DNA of 64,000 nt. It comes from Phoronis australis (taxonomy: Eukaryota > Animalia > Phoronida). Below are positions 50,651 through 64,000 of the stretch, piece after piece. Below the pieces are notes generated by a model. The model searched no databases, was not told where the DNA came from, and saw only the letters and a list, made by a program, of their open reading frames with translations. The stretch lies in assembly GCA_002633005.1 (NCBI GenBank), contig NMRA01000003.1:1428152-1492151 (forward strand). Direction: 5' to 3'. The first letter of the stretch is position 1. Each line of letters opens with the position of its first letter. Position numbers and translations under genes: made by a program.

Positions 50651-50700
50651 TCAACTGGACATGTTTCGGCGTATATTAAAACGCCATCCTCAGAAGCGAA
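50651..50700 (-). ncRNA. Penelope-type minimal hammerhead ribozyme motif
   Basis: Minus strand: CUGAGGA-U-GGCGU(UUUAAUAU)ACGCC-GAA-ACAUGU-C. Intact core, 5-bp stem II, palindromic stem III, GUC cleavage triplet; stem I is weak. Confidence 0.55.
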
Positions 50701-53632
50701 AACAGCATATGTTGCTATCATGGAGATACTTTAAATCTCCTACAAATCTGCAGGGTTCCCTGATTAATGTGGGTCCCAATTCTTTTTTTTTTTTTTTTTT
50801 TTTTGGTGCAAGGCCCTGTAACTCTCTGCCAGGGCGATGAGGGAAGGGCTAAAGTGCTTTCAGAACCAATTGATCAGTTTGGACCGAGAGTGGCTGTTCC
50901 TGTATCTGCTATATCATAGGAAGTATATTCTCATCTGGTCCCGTCGCCTTTCCCTCATGAAGTTGGAAGGTTCTCCTTGGTTTCTCTGTTAAGCTATGAG
51001 CACTGGCCTGTTGGCCGCTTGCGTACTCAGATGCGTACACTCATCATACGTTGGATTTTTGGATAGCAAGACAGTTCAGGTTGCAAAACTCTTGCTCCTA
51101 TTTTGGCGATTCCACCTAAGTTTTATTGCCGCCAGTTCCTAAATGGGACCTGGCCCAGTGTGTAATGACAGTGCTATCGATTGCAAGACTATCACAGCCA
51201 TAAACGGCAGCGACCATTGGTTCCTCTAGGGCTCTTGTCCCTGCTTAGCTGTCGGAAAAGGTGACAATAGACCACTTGCGAGTTGTATGAAGATCACGCG
51301 TGTAAACGCGAGAGCAGATAAAATGTCCGGAAACAGGGGACAGAGTAGGGAGAATTGATAGTCATCTTGTGTCCCACTACTGCGGATGTCGATGGCTGCG
51401 ACTTATAAATCCCACGGGAAACCTCGCTGGTTCCTTGCGTGCTTAGCCCAGGCTGGCGCGGCTACCGCCCCACCTAGCGGCACGCAGGAAACCAGCGAGA
51501 CGCGTAACGTACTCGTGGCGTAACATTTCGTTAGTAATGAGAATTTGTGATATTAATTGTGTCATTTGAATGGTGTTAACTCACTTCGCTCTACAAAATG
51601 CCCGTGGAACATAGTTGTTAGGAAACTTTCAACAGTGACACATGATATACAATAGGTAGCGACCACGACGATAGGTTCAGCCAGCCAGCTCAGCTGCCGT
51701 ATGACTACTGTAGCCAAAACACAGCTGGGAACCACTGTGTGTTATCTTCCTCGCACCACGATGTTTCGTACAGCCTGGGTAGTTCTGCTCGTCACCTCGT
51801 CGTGAAACTTCTATTAACATGTAGAACTCAGTAGGCCTAACGACCGGCGGCCGAGGGGTGGGTGCATGCATCCTCTGGGAATCGGCGACACTGCACCTTT
51901 CCCGTTGCAGTCATTCAAGTTAAAAACTATCTAATTAACGACAGTTTCTTGCACTAATCTCCTCTATTTGTAACAAAGGCATCGTTGTTTTCAACAATAG
52001 GCTCGTGACACGTGCACTCGCCGTTTCTCGGGAGATGATAATGGCTTTGCAGTAGCAAATTCGGTTTGCTGGTATTAAAATACCAAAAATTAGTAAAGAA
52101 ACCAAACCATTCCCGATAATGTGTTGTGACATGTGAGGCAACCTCTTTGCCGGGAAGCGAAGAAAAGTAGATTGAAGACGGAATCGCCGGGAGAAAAAAG
52201 AAATTGGCCAATTTGTGACTCAATATTTCATGGCCCCGAAGGCCCACACAAAAGATTCTAACACAACTTAGCAGCAGAATAACTGTAGAAAGCCAATTTT
52301 CCAACACTGGTAAATAATTCAGTTTACCCAAGGAAGAGTGTAGTTTTTAGTGACACTAATTTTGTGTCAGATTTTATTTGGTCAGTTTTTAACCTATATG
52401 GACGCAAAGCTTTGCACAATGGCTACACAAAGTGGTATTTAGGTGTATTTTGACGACAGAATCCGCGATCTAATAACCACCGACGAAGCTGTTGGTGGCA
52501 CGGTCGCCGGCGCAAAACGTTCTCTTAACACTTAAAATAATAAAATATCTAACACCAGACGAATGAGGCTACATACAACACAACGACAAATATGGCAGGT
52601 TCTGTCCCCCAGCCCGTGACGTCATAACTGTTTACAACAACCGCGATTGGCTAGTCGAATTCTCAACAAGCAGCGCTTGACGCAAATAAACTGGCATCAT
52701 AGATACTCTATGGTCTGTTGTACAGGCAAATCGGTGCTTAAAATTAATGTTCAGGAAATGTGAATCCTAGAAATTGTGGTTGCGCCTTTTCGGAATGCAT
52801 CTTTCTACTGTCGATGACTTTTTTGTTTAAGGTACTGTCCTGTATTCATACAGTATGAATAACACACCGTTTAAATCGGCCAGATATGTGTAAAATGTAC
52901 ATGTATGTGCTTCAAACACGCGGATATTAAACATCACTGCAGAAACGAAATTGTTGCTGCGACGCCACTTGCTTGACAAGGCTAAAAATCGTTCATAGAC
53001 CGCCATTTTTTCAAGGTGTTGTAAAGCTAACCAATGACTGCTGAGGTTACATCAACCAATACTAAAGCGCGTGCCACTGCGTGATACCTGCGTGCTGGCT
53101 AGGCACGCAGGAGACCAGCGAGAATCTTGACCAAGCACCTTCAGACTTACATTCCGCTGCGGCTGACGTCACACGGTCGGTGTAAAATTAGCCAGAGGTC
53201 ACGAGAGTTCATGAACCAAAAAGTGTATGTCTCTCAGTGGCGTATTAGGTTGAAATCCAACCACCCATATTTTTAAATTATTCGTGAATTGTACATGATG
53301 CACATGTTAAGTTCCATTCTTTTAGATGTTTTCGGTCTTCAGTGTTTCGTTAGCCAACAACGGTCGAAGCGGCTGTAATATTTTATGTAGGCCTACTATC
53401 AACACTAAGGCAAAAGAGACTGGTTTCATATATTTATATGCGCTAACTGCGAAGCGATACCGAAGCTAGTCACAAGTTACAGTGAAACAACACGTGTAGA
53501 TGAGATAAAAGGTCACATATATTATGACAAACTAAACTACTACTACAGATATCGGAAATTACAAAAGTTATATAATATGTTGAACTGTAAAGGTGGGTGA
53601 CAATCTGCCAAAGATGCAGCAGAAAGATGCAT

Positions 53633-53932
53633 CCGCCCACGGTGTTACCAGATAGAGTAGTCTAAGTGAGAACCACTGGTGCAGTGTAAACTGAAGTAAG
53701 CACCCAAGGTGTTGCCAGATAGAGTAATCTAAGTGAGAACCACTGGTGAAGTGTAAACTGAAGTAAGCACCCAAGGTGTTACCAGATAGACTGGTCTGAA
53801 TGGCCGGACCAAGCCGTATGAAGGGTAAACTGAAGTAGGCACCCAAGGTGCTACCAGACAGAGTAGTCCGTGTAAGGGGACCACTGCATTGACGTAGTAA
53901 ACTGAAGTAAACACCCAGTGGGTTACCGGACA
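53633..53932. repeat. Tandem repeat, 67-72 bp unit, about 4.5 copies
   Basis: Recurring GTAAACTGAAGTAAGCACCCAAGGTG(T/C)T.CCAGA; unit starts at 53701, 53768 and 53840. Confidence 0.85.
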
Positions 53933-54066
53933 GTCGTACCTGAAAGTAATGTATAATCTGTGAAAGAAGAAGATGTGAAAGGGGGCCGAGGAATGGGGCC
54001 GTAAGATAATAACGTGCATACTGAAAATATACAAGGAATTAAATGGGGGTATGAGATAAGGGAGAA

Positions 54067-54679
54067 TTATGAGAGGAGACCCAGGCGGCGGAGGTGATGT
54101 CCGAAAGCGAAGCGGACGCTGAGAGCTTGCTTGCGGATGCCTGAAGGGTTAAGGTGAATGAGGTCGGGGCGGTAAAGTTGTAAAGGGTCTTGCCAGAACC
54201 CGACCCTATGGGTCCAAAGGAAGACTGTGGGATGGTCGGCGAGGAGGCGTTTGAGGTGAAAGTTAAGGGATTGGCCAACGCGTTTTAAAAGTACCGTCAT
54301 CGTGCAAACGGAGGAACACCATGCCGATGATGACCGACTGCACAGAAGGGTAAGACTGGAGGATAGACTCGGTAAACGAAATTAGGTCATGGGCCAGAAA
54401 CAAAGGGTGAGACTGGGGATGAGACAGATCGTTTCCGGCGATCTGTAGGAACACTAGAGTGGCCAAGAATTGGGCGATGTCTGGGGTTAAATGACGAACG
54501 GAACGAGGGTCAGGGGCGAGTGTGGCCCTGGACAACCCTAAGGAGTGGATGAATACAGAGGACTCGTGGAAACCCAGATTGGTCGGCAGACCCGGATGGT
54601 CGGTCGCCGAAGGCGAATTAAGATATGCGTCCAGCCAACGCACACAAGAACTGTCCGAAATCAAACAACTAGGTGGCAT
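54067..54679 (-). pseudogene. SGNH/GDSL esterase-like ORF, frameshifted, probably retroelement-borne
   Basis: Intronless. Block I-like LISDSSCVR, block III VFLQIAGNDL, block V DLIHLNPSG, split over ORFs 54263-54679 and 54067-54300. Confidence 0.65.
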
Positions 54680-55065
54680 GTTTAGTCCAGAACGAAGCAG
54701 GAAACAAGGTACAATACCTTAATGAGATGAAGAGACGGAGAGTGTTGAAACTTCAAAGAGAAATTGAGTGAAAACTGAAATTTGGAGAGATTTGTGGACG
54801 ATGGCCCAGTGTTGCAACAAGACAATTAAGAGATCACGTGGTCATGTTGGTGGCCATGATTAATAGCTGCTGACAGTATAAACAAAGAGAGAATCCAGGT
54901 CGCTCGCTAGGCACGTAGGGGACCAGCGTAAGTAGGTTGTTGTGCTAGGTCAAGATTCTGTCAGATTTTCCATCAGAATGTCACATGACTGTGAGCGCTA
55001 TCTGTCACTAAAGCGTCATTGCATCCAGCGCCATCTGTTTGTGGTAAAGGCTTTAGATGAGCGGG

Positions 55066-55662
55066 TACCTTAGGCACTGAACAGTTCTCATAGGGGTTTG
55101 CCTATCAGAACACACGTCAATGGATTCTTTACCTTTTCTTCACGCTGTCAAAAACTGCATGCAAATAAAGAAAAGTTTTGAGTCATTTCACGTCACAAGC
55201 CCTACAGATGCGCACAGAAATTTTGTTCTCTCTTGTATTGTTTGACCCTTTCACTCCCAGTGGAAACCAAGCTAGACTAAGAAAAATAAGGGCAAAAATG
55301 CAAAATCGGCACTTATCACCCCAAAACCACAACTTCCAAGCCAACATTAGATTTCGGAAGCAAATTTCCTACCGATTCCAAAAATGTGGTCCAAAAGTAC
55401 TGTCAACCAACTAGTTTTTTTGCAAATTTGGCTTGTTTGAGGGCTACCTGAAATCGCGACCAATTTCTCAGTTTTACACAGCAATGCACAATTGCAACAG
55501 GAAACCACAATCTTGAAGAATAATGCAGCAAACAAACCACATTCACTTGGCCTACATACAATACCTAACAAAAAATGCCCCCAAGCCTGGCCTACCCCTA
55601 GATTTTGATATTTTGGGAGTGAAAATTGGCCGCGGCCGCAGTGTAACTGTTCAGTGGCACCA
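55066..55662. mobile_element. Non-autonomous TIR element (GCACTGAACAGTT ends)
   Basis: GGCACTGAACAGTT ... AACTGTTCAGTGGCACC inverted ends. Confidence 0.5.
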
Positions 55663-55739
55663 TTCGTTGTTTGCCCAGCGCAGTGTTGTCATTGTCGTAC
55701 CTGTTGAGCAGCTCCACTAGAACGGCCATGGCAGTTCCT

Positions 55740-56600
55740 CCCCTATCGGCAACTTGGACAATAGATTCCAGCTCCAGACTGGTCATTACTAACTTTAGAA
55801 ATGTCAGTGTAACGAAGCACGTCATTCTTGGTTCTGCTATAGGACGCCCGTAAGCAACTTTCCGTCAAGAAATTGTTTGTATGATGTAAAAATTTGATTT
55901 GAACGTTTCTAAGCATAATTTTGTTCAATATTTGCCCTGTTGTAGTTACATGCATTATGTTATTATACACGTGTGATTTCTTTGTCCAGCAGAATCAGGC
56001 CGGATGTGAGTTTTTACTTACTGACCATTACATCTGAGACGAAGCGTCGCACGTGTCTTTCGCCCTCAAGGTATATGTATGGTGGTGGTAGGCCAACACG
56101 GCAGCACTAAGCGCTGCCGGCCGGGAAAGCAAAGGGTGGTGCACAAACAAGGTAGACGCTGCAATTGAATGTTTGTTGATATTTGTACTCTGTTTCAATG
56201 CCGTTAACCATATCGGCACAGCATATGACATGATATGCCGGATAATTAGGGCTGTGTAAATCCAAAGCATATTCTTGGGAGACATTCCCCAAGTGCCCGG
56301 CATTCACCACAATACTGCATCTCACCAGCGGAGATTTGACTTTCGAGATTTTTTCCTTGATATGCGATGTCCAAGAAAGGCGATTGTCTAGAATGACACA
56401 TAGACCTTGTCTACAAAATGAAGATGGCTACCTCTCAACATTAAAGGCCAGATTGCCCATTTATGCTTCCAATTGAATATAATCACTTTTGCTTTGTTGC
56501 CATGCTCCGAACTTCTAAGCCAACTGTCTTGGCTTATGTGGATGTCGTATTCAGTGCACTTTAAGCAAAGTAGCGATGCTAGACACACTGAAAAAATAAC
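55740..56600 (-). mobile_element. Decayed non-LTR retrotransposon (R1/LOA-like RT end plus RNase H start)
   Basis: TWGMSPKNMLWIYTALIIRHIMSYAVPIW, and YTDISK...SGAGIY (RNase H YTDGS motif, mutated). Confidence 0.7.
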
Positions 56601-59421
56601 ATGCTTCGATCCATGTCAGCCGACAATTGTCGCAGAAGATCACCCATTACTACTACTGAAGAGGGTGGGAGAGGAAGCGCCACATTGACACCCTCCAGAA
56701 AAGCTGCCACGGATTGGCTTTCGAACATGTTGACGATCCACACTTGTTCGTTTTGAAATGGTTTATTGCTGAACGGTTCGCATCATGCTAAATATTGCCG
56801 AAAGCACACACAAGGTCAATGAAGGCGCAGAAGGAAACAAGCGCTACCAGTTTCGCAAGCAGCTAATGCATGCGCGCACCCAGCCTAAAATATAGGGGGC
56901 TCGAACTTTTCGTTATGCGAACCTTTTACTGAAAAAATCAACAAGGGCTAAAAAAGAGTGGCACTAGGCTCATAGTTTATAATGTAGTCTGGATAGCGGG
57001 ACATACAGTATGTATATTATACAACTGTGTAGAGTAACACATATGAAGGAATTTACAATTATTACCGTTTCATTCCGTATTGTTTAGCCAAGCGATTGAT
57101 TTGATTGAGCTTGTTTATGCTGCTGCTGATAACCTACCAACGGCGAAAATGATGTAATAGAGACGTTCGAGTTATGGCCGCCACGCAATTTTACTTCACT
57201 CCGGGTGAAACGACGAACACAGAAAGTCATGACAAATGCTGAAACCATCTGCGTCTCTCGCAAAATATCCATTAAATTAGTTCATTCATATATCAATTAG
57301 AACATAACCGATAATTATTTAAAGGTAATTTAGAACAAAAAATCCTCTAACAGGAAATAAGCAGGTGTAGTCTTGTATGATTCCCATCCATCACAATTTC
57401 TCATGAAAGTATCAATTTTGATTGAGCTATCTATCACCAAAGAATGACTAAATTACTTTGAACACGAAACTACAACGACACTTTCCGTTGTATGTTTGCT
57501 GAAGGATGAGTAATGCATTTTATTTTGTAAGATCGAATCGTGCAATTCTGATATGAGCATTTCGATTGCTACTGATACTTATCGCGGAGGTGTTTGTTTA
57601 CTTGAGAACAAAGCATCGCAAATAGTTATTCAAATCTGGCTGACGTCAATTATATGGCATTTTGCCACTGTTTGACCATCAATGTTGAATTCTAAACCGA
57701 AGAGTATACCACGTCAAATGATCCGGCGTTTTCAGTCCGACCGTAAAAAACGACAGCATGCCTTAAAGCTTTAGGAATATCACTTCAATTCATTTACGTG
57801 ACATTTGCCATTGTACAGGTAGTTGCGTCATATTTAACCACCGCTTTATTTGAAGAAATATATGCACCTGTCATGGTCGCGAGCACACGTCACTGCAAGG
57901 TTCGAATGCCGTGCCTTTGTTCCGACTTTCAAATACGGCAAAAAGTAATGCAAACCGGATCATTTCTTCGACGGAAAGTTTTCTCCTACCTTGTAAATGA
58001 TTGTCTCGGTTAATTGTGCGTCAGAAGTAGATTATCGACGAATCAGACAGTGTGAATGAAAATATTTTGAACCAAGATTTTAACGAGCATATAGAGGAAG
58101 AACACGTACCCAATAGACGGCATTTAGGGTATCACGTTTTGAACACAGTGCTTAGGGCCAACCATTAGAGGCTGGCACATTTTGGTATTTAGTGGCGGTA
58201 GGCGGTCACGAGACAAATTTCTGGGGCGTTTCGGAAATTTGATAATTTTACGTTAATAAGAGTAACATAATACAGTCCGAAATCTAGAAAACAATAATTT
58301 TCAACATTTTTGCATCAATCGTAACATTGATGAACGTGCAATTAGAAGTCTGAAGTCACTCGGTAGTTGTTAACGTATGGGTTGTAAGACTTGTAGCCTA
58401 CTATGCAACTACCCGCTGCAGATAAAACTCCTACTGGGGTAAGGCGTACCGCGAGTCTCTATCTCTATCTACCACTTCAAGACTTTGATCAACGTAGGCT
58501 AAAATTAGGCAAGTTACAAACACTAAAGCCATTTTAAAAACTATTTGTATCTCGTATTAGACTGTTTTAGGACAATGATTGAGGACTCATGTATCAATTG
58601 CTTCCAAGTACAGGAAAACTCGTCACTTTAGCGATCAAAAAAGTGAAGTGTATTTGGTGGGAAACTGTCGAGCTATGTCATCTACGTGGTGTTCCATAAC
58701 TTGGAAGAATGTCCGGTGCAGTATGGATTCTGGCGACTGAGTCTCAATTATTGGGATTCCGGTGGAAGGGGACATCCAGTCAGCTGAGGATGGTAACCAA
58801 ACCGACCTGACATATGGTCGTGATCGTGTGAAGGTGCTTTCCCCTTAGAGGAACTTCGATTTACCGAAGCTTCTCCGAAACTCCGCTTACCTTCCTGCTA
58901 GACAGATGGCGATGTTTTGCCCCTATAGAGTGGAAAACGTTGTAAACGGTTTGCGGTCAACTTCAACGATGCATTTTGGTCTGTTTAGCTGGTTAAAAAA
59001 CGAAAATCGAATTAGATATTTTAGTCTCATAAAATCGGTCTCATGTGTTGTTCGCTTTCGTGATAGAAATTAATTTCCCTCCAACAAGAACGTCGAAATC
59101 ATTGGTCGGCGATTCATGAAACCGTTTCAGATTTTATTGGGTTGCCAACCCTAAAATTTCCTGCTTTGCTAACGAAAATGGAGTCATATCACAGTAGGAA
59201 TAATATAAGACCGATGTTATGACCATTTTCAACCAGCTAAACAGAGCGACATGTTTATCAACAGTAAAGTCCACATGTCTGAACGCACGTACACACACAA
59301 AACGAACCGAGAGTGGCGTAGATGAAGTAATATACAAGGAGACAATTTTTCGCGATATTTGTATTTATCCCATACGCTTCGAATTCCCAAGTTTCTTTCA
59401 ATTTCTAGGCAGATTTTTTAA

Positions 59422-60097
59422 AGGAGAATGCCACCCGATTTAATTAGTCTTTTTTACCGTCTTAATTGGTCTATATCCACATCGCCTCGCATACGGTCGA
59501 CCTTACCTTGCAGAGAAGTGTCGCGTTAACGTGTGAGAAAGGTGAAAAACGACGCAGTGACGTCAGTGGTTCATTTGCAGAGTGAATGCCGATGTGTTGC
59601 GGTGCATTGTTCCCGCTAGTCTGGACCGTATGCAGCTGCGATGAAAGCTTGTATAGAGAGTCCGAATTGCTTAGGATGTGGCTCGCGGTAGTGAAGAATG
59701 AAAAGTACGCTGTAAATAGCAAGTATGAGGCCGTGAAACATCTCCGTGTCTGTGGCCTGCAGTCGTCGACAACTGACGAATGCCGGCTTACCAAATAATT
59801 ATCCATACATTCCGTTGCCTGAGCTTGTTCACGGCACCTCTCTAGTATTTTTCATCACTGTATTCTGGTTCGAACTGATAGTCTGTGAAACTTAACGATC
59901 CACCTGTTAAGTCTTCGTTGGATGAGCTCTCGTCTACGTCGGGATTGCTAGTTGCCATGTTGACGTTTCTTACTGAGTGTTCTGTTTCAAACTTAATTAT
60001 TCTCACCCTAATCAATGCTTATATAAAACAGAAACAAAGTCTGTATCATTAGATGCAATTTGATACAAAATAGGTTGTTTTTGGGTGGCATGTTCCT
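59422..60097 (+). mobile_element. Kolobok family B, short deletion derivative
   Basis: Both TIRs, TTAA flanks and a THAP remnant; a paralogous empty site with a single TTAA is at 39676-39679. Confidence 0.88.
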
Positions 60098-60384
60098 TTA
60101 AATACTTCAACCAGACTATTCACATGGTAGATCACTTCCTACATGTATGTACTTGAGTGTTAGGTTACAAGTTTCTCTAGTAAAAGAAACAGTTTTAAAT
60201 GTAACGATTTGTTGACTTAAAAACAAGAAGAAAGCAACACTAAATGTGCATTGAACTTGTAACATTTCCTGAAAATAGTTAAGTAACAACAATATTTGAT
60301 ACTGTATTTAACGAGGAATTGGCGCCTGAGTTGCAGATGATATAATATTTAACAATCGAAAACTGAGACAGAAGTGTCATATAA

Positions 60385-60666
60385 CATAGGCGGATTTATG
60401 GGGCCCCAGGTCCCCTCCCCTCTTGGCTGCCGCAAGCAAAATGAAACAGGAACAACGCGAAGTGTGAGGAAATATTGATGCCAGTAAGCAAGAGCCGTAC
60501 TCAAGACCCCATATAGCTGGGGAATCGTGCTACCGTTTTTTTTTAGTCCACCGACAAATTTTGCTCCCGCAACTTTTGGGCCGCCAGCTGTGCATATAAT
60601 CGCGCTTCGCCCAATTCCCCGAGGCAACATGTTGGCCCCCCTTATGTTATCCTAGATCCGCCACTG
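60385..60666. mobile_element. CATAGGCGGAT-ended MITE with perfect 5-bp TSD
   Basis: CATAGGCGGAT...ATCCGCCACTG; TATAA on both sides; empty site at 39968-39972. Confidence 0.8.
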
Positions 60667-63267
60667 TATAATTAACAGTTTTGTTCCAGATGTTATGTTT
60701 GGCCCTGATTGCATGTGGTTTGGCCACCCAAAAAGAAAATCCTCGAATTTTAGAATGTTTGGTTTCATCGCAAATTGGATTTGGTTTTGTTTTAAAGGAA
60801 ATATACTTTCCAAAAAGAAACGGATTGCAGTGCCGAAATTGCTTAAGTACCAAAGGAGCTGGTTCCCAGATCCACAGCCTCTTTATTCTCCCATTCGGCT
60901 GCTCAGTCTCAGACGATGCTCTCTCACCATGATGATACCCGTCTCTAAGTTTCTCCATCGTCATGACCCCTCGTCGGTTGTCTATCGAAACCGATTCTCA
61001 ACAAGCCGAGTGATCCATCTAACCGTTAATTCAATTTCTGTGAGACGTCTTGTTATGCATCATCTGCACGAGCCCATATGCACAAAAACGGACACTTTTT
61101 GAAGAGTGAGCTAATTGGAATGAGAGGCATTCAGGTCGTCGTTTTCAATGAACAGGGAATGAACGCAAAATTGAAATCAGTGTTTACCTGGGAAGAGTTT
61201 TTTTAGCAATGGTTGGGGGAAACGTGGTTCCGCTGTGCCGCCGGAGACTGCGCTGGTATTGTAATCACCAAGGAAGGGCAATGTCATCTTGTTTCGCCTT
61301 TGACACATTTTGGATTTCAGAAAAGGCGTTAAATTCATAACTAGCCAGCATGAGACACAGAAGGTCGCTACTGTGAGTGGTGCCTTTCCAAATTTCGAAT
61401 AAGCGCAATTGCTGAATATTCGAAACACATGAATTGCTTCTCAGGGGTAGATCGTTTGGTTTAAAAAGAAACATGAACAAAATATAGCCATAATGCATGT
61501 TGAAATAGAGCTTCAGCTACAAGCAGATTACCAAAACATTTCTGACAAGGTAACATTGGACATGGAAAGCAATGGTAGCCTATTGGCAATATTGGGACAA
61601 TTAGGGAATATCCAGGTTAGAGAATTATGAATGAGAAGGATATAAGCACGGGAAATGCCGGTATGTATCCGGAAAACGGTAACAAGACATTTCTGAATAA
61701 AACGGAAAAAATGTGGGCATAATTTTAAAAAACCGTGAAATAAATATCAAGTCAAATTAGTTGATTAACAATGATTGATCAGCAGAAAGTATGAGCCAAG
61801 CAATAACAAAATTGGCTGTTGAGAAAATTACTGCAAAAAGTAACACTTTTAAACTTAAAAAATTCTGCTGAAAACACTAGATCTGCGGCCCATGGCATAA
61901 AGCAAACAGGCAAATAGATAGAAAGACTAATCACATTGGCCGGAGCCTTCGTGTAATCTTTTTTGGATCTGAATGTATTAAGACTTGTGTGAATTGCAGA
62001 TTGAAATTAAAGTTTAAATCCAACCAAAGAAGCATCAATGCGCTGAGAATCAACTAATCAGTATTGGTTAAAATCATGCAAACCATGTACAATAGTTATC
62101 TATATAACTGGTCGAATGACGGCCAGAGTTGCATAACTTCAAGTCACTTTGCCCACACCACTGGTTAACTGGCAACAGCTACAAGCAAAAAATCCTTTTG
62201 TATTTCTCATCTTTCTTAATCACTGCGAAAGCGAAAAAAGCGTAAGTGACGATTTTTTAGTAAACTGTTGCTGCAGCTGCAAGTAGCGTAAAAAGCTACT
62301 TTGCCTTTTTACGGACAGGAACTACCATATATTGCTTCTGTGGCACATGCCCGTTTGGAGCGCTGCGGTCCATGAACCAGCAATGCTTGCACTGGCCATC
62401 CAATGCCATTTTGCTGTGAGATTTCTCAATTCCCTCTCCACGGCCTCCGCATAATTTTACCGTTCCAAACAAGGCACTAATATTGAAGAGTGTTTTGTGG
62501 AAAAGAATTAAGTAACCAGATGCGCACCGATTGACTTGACGTTGTGAGGATTAAGTGACGGCTGTTATTATCTAATTGATACAGAAGAGACACAGCCTTG
62601 CCTACGGACTTCATTATATGCTTGAATATATGGTTCACGAGGATGACGGTACATAATTCTAGGTTGTGAGGTGACCCGCAGCATTAAAGACACATTGAGC
62701 CCGACCTCACGCTGGGCATCTCGAGTTTTTGGACTACACGCTTTTATGCGGAAACTATAATACACACGAGCACAAAATAATGGGCATTGAAATACCTTGA
62801 GTTCATATTAAAGTGGAACGGAAAATATTCGATTTTGATCGAAAGGATTAGGCCCTAGCATCGCCAGTAAGACACGTTTATTTGCAAATGTGGCCATTTA
62901 ATTCTACATATGAGTGTTGTCAGTCGGGAAGTCTTCACTGATTGAACTCAAGCTTGACAGTTGTCTACAAGTACCTCGTGTGCTCCAGGGATCGGGCCTG
63001 GTCTGAGAAGTCTTTTAGGGGCTCATCCTTATCAGCTGAACCAATCTAATTGAAACTTCACGGTGCATCAGCCAGTGAGACCTGCTATGCATAGCTAATG
63101 ATGACCTTTGCTCCAAGCATATTAAATTACATCAGTATTTTGACAATCTAACATTTTCTGAAGTCTCTTGAAGCTCTGATGTAAACACAGCAATTTTCGA
63201 TTGATATTGAGCCCTCAATAAAGGCTCATTCATGCTGTTGTGACACTTGTAACAACAAGCACGATTA

Positions 63268-64000
63268 AGGCGAAGGCAACCCTTTTTCATGTCATTTTAA
63301 GCAAGAATAAGGTGCGTTGATGATCTCAGACATATTTTTCACTTAATCACAGCTTTTCGTAATTTAATTAATTACTCGTCCTCTACTCCGGATGTGACGT
63401 TTTGGGAGGCAAGAATTACGCGCCAATTTCTTTTCATATAGTATGACTGTGAGAGCTGTCGAGTCAGTCATCGTTCTACCTCGGTTGCGACAAGTTCGTT
63501 CGTCGTTTGCTTTTGTTTACCGTCAGTCAACATGCCACAATGTTGCTGTGTAGCAGGATATACTCATTATCATCTCACGCGCGTTGAAAGTACCTTTGCA
63601 TCGCTTTCTGAACGATGACACACTTCGCCGTCTTTGGCTAGTTCGTGTGAAGAACGCAGCGTTACCCGTCCACGAAAAGTTCACAAGTAGTGAAGGGTTA
63701 CCGAGTGTGGCAAGTATTTTCTGCCGTCAGATTACGAGAGAGATAAGTAGGCTTAATTGATGAAGTTCCCTTTGAAACAACGCCTGAAGAAGGGTGCCAT
63801 ACCGTCCTTATTGATTCCCGGCAGTGCCCCGTCGCTACCCCCGAGAAGTACGTTTTTGAAGCGAGAAGCCTCGCGAGTAGTTGTGGCCAGTACAGTGACT
63901 GGAGGCAAGGCTTCATCTACTGTCAGCCGTGCCTCCGAACGTACTTCCAGAGGGTGCAATTCCGGAACTAGCGATGATTCGCCCTGTGCTCAGTGTTGTC
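63268..64000 (+). mobile_element. Kolobok family A, left part (runs off the window)
   Basis: Begins AGGCGAAGGCAACC; clearly homologous to 18680-19400, including decayed THAP (MPQCCCVAG...). Confidence 0.85.

Noticed and set aside
50782-51250. Poly(T) run followed by possible retroposon 3' end
   Set aside because: No TSD or recognisable protein motif to support a call.
53633-53932. CRISPR-like spacing of repeats
   Set aside because: Intervening sequences are homologous to each other, there are no cas genes, and the context is eukaryotic; an ordinary tandem repeat.
61480-63250. Possible decayed transposase or YqaJ-like exonuclease coding sequence
   Set aside because: Only vague motif hints among many stops; needs a translated search.

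Overview
Eukaryotic, AT-rich, intron- and transposon-rich DNA, most likely from an invertebrate animal; most ORFs in the supplied track are spurious. Two complete spliced genes can be built by hand with GT-AG junctions and consistent phases. (1) A + strand, 9-exon JMJD8-like JmjC oxygenase with an N-terminal membrane anchor and C-terminal TPR repeats (3595-12585, 522 aa). (2) A convergent - strand, 11-exon monofunctional PHM-like copper monooxygenase (48464-14638, 333 aa). It keeps all six copper ligands, but the peptidyl-glycine carboxylate-binding residues are replaced (rat R240->S, Y318->E), which suggests a different substrate. A probable first exon of a divergent gene lies at 3041-2851. 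The rest is mobile DNA: two families of TTAA-duplicating Kolobok derivatives (THAP domain, one with a clear KolX/P2X7-ballast-like remnant), MITEs with 5-bp target duplications (one with an in-window empty site), a TTAA MITE carrying a tRNA-like cassette, LINE relics, an SGNH-esterase retroelement relic, a Penelope-type minimal hammerhead ribozyme, and micro/minisatellites. All assignments are by eye; no database search was run.
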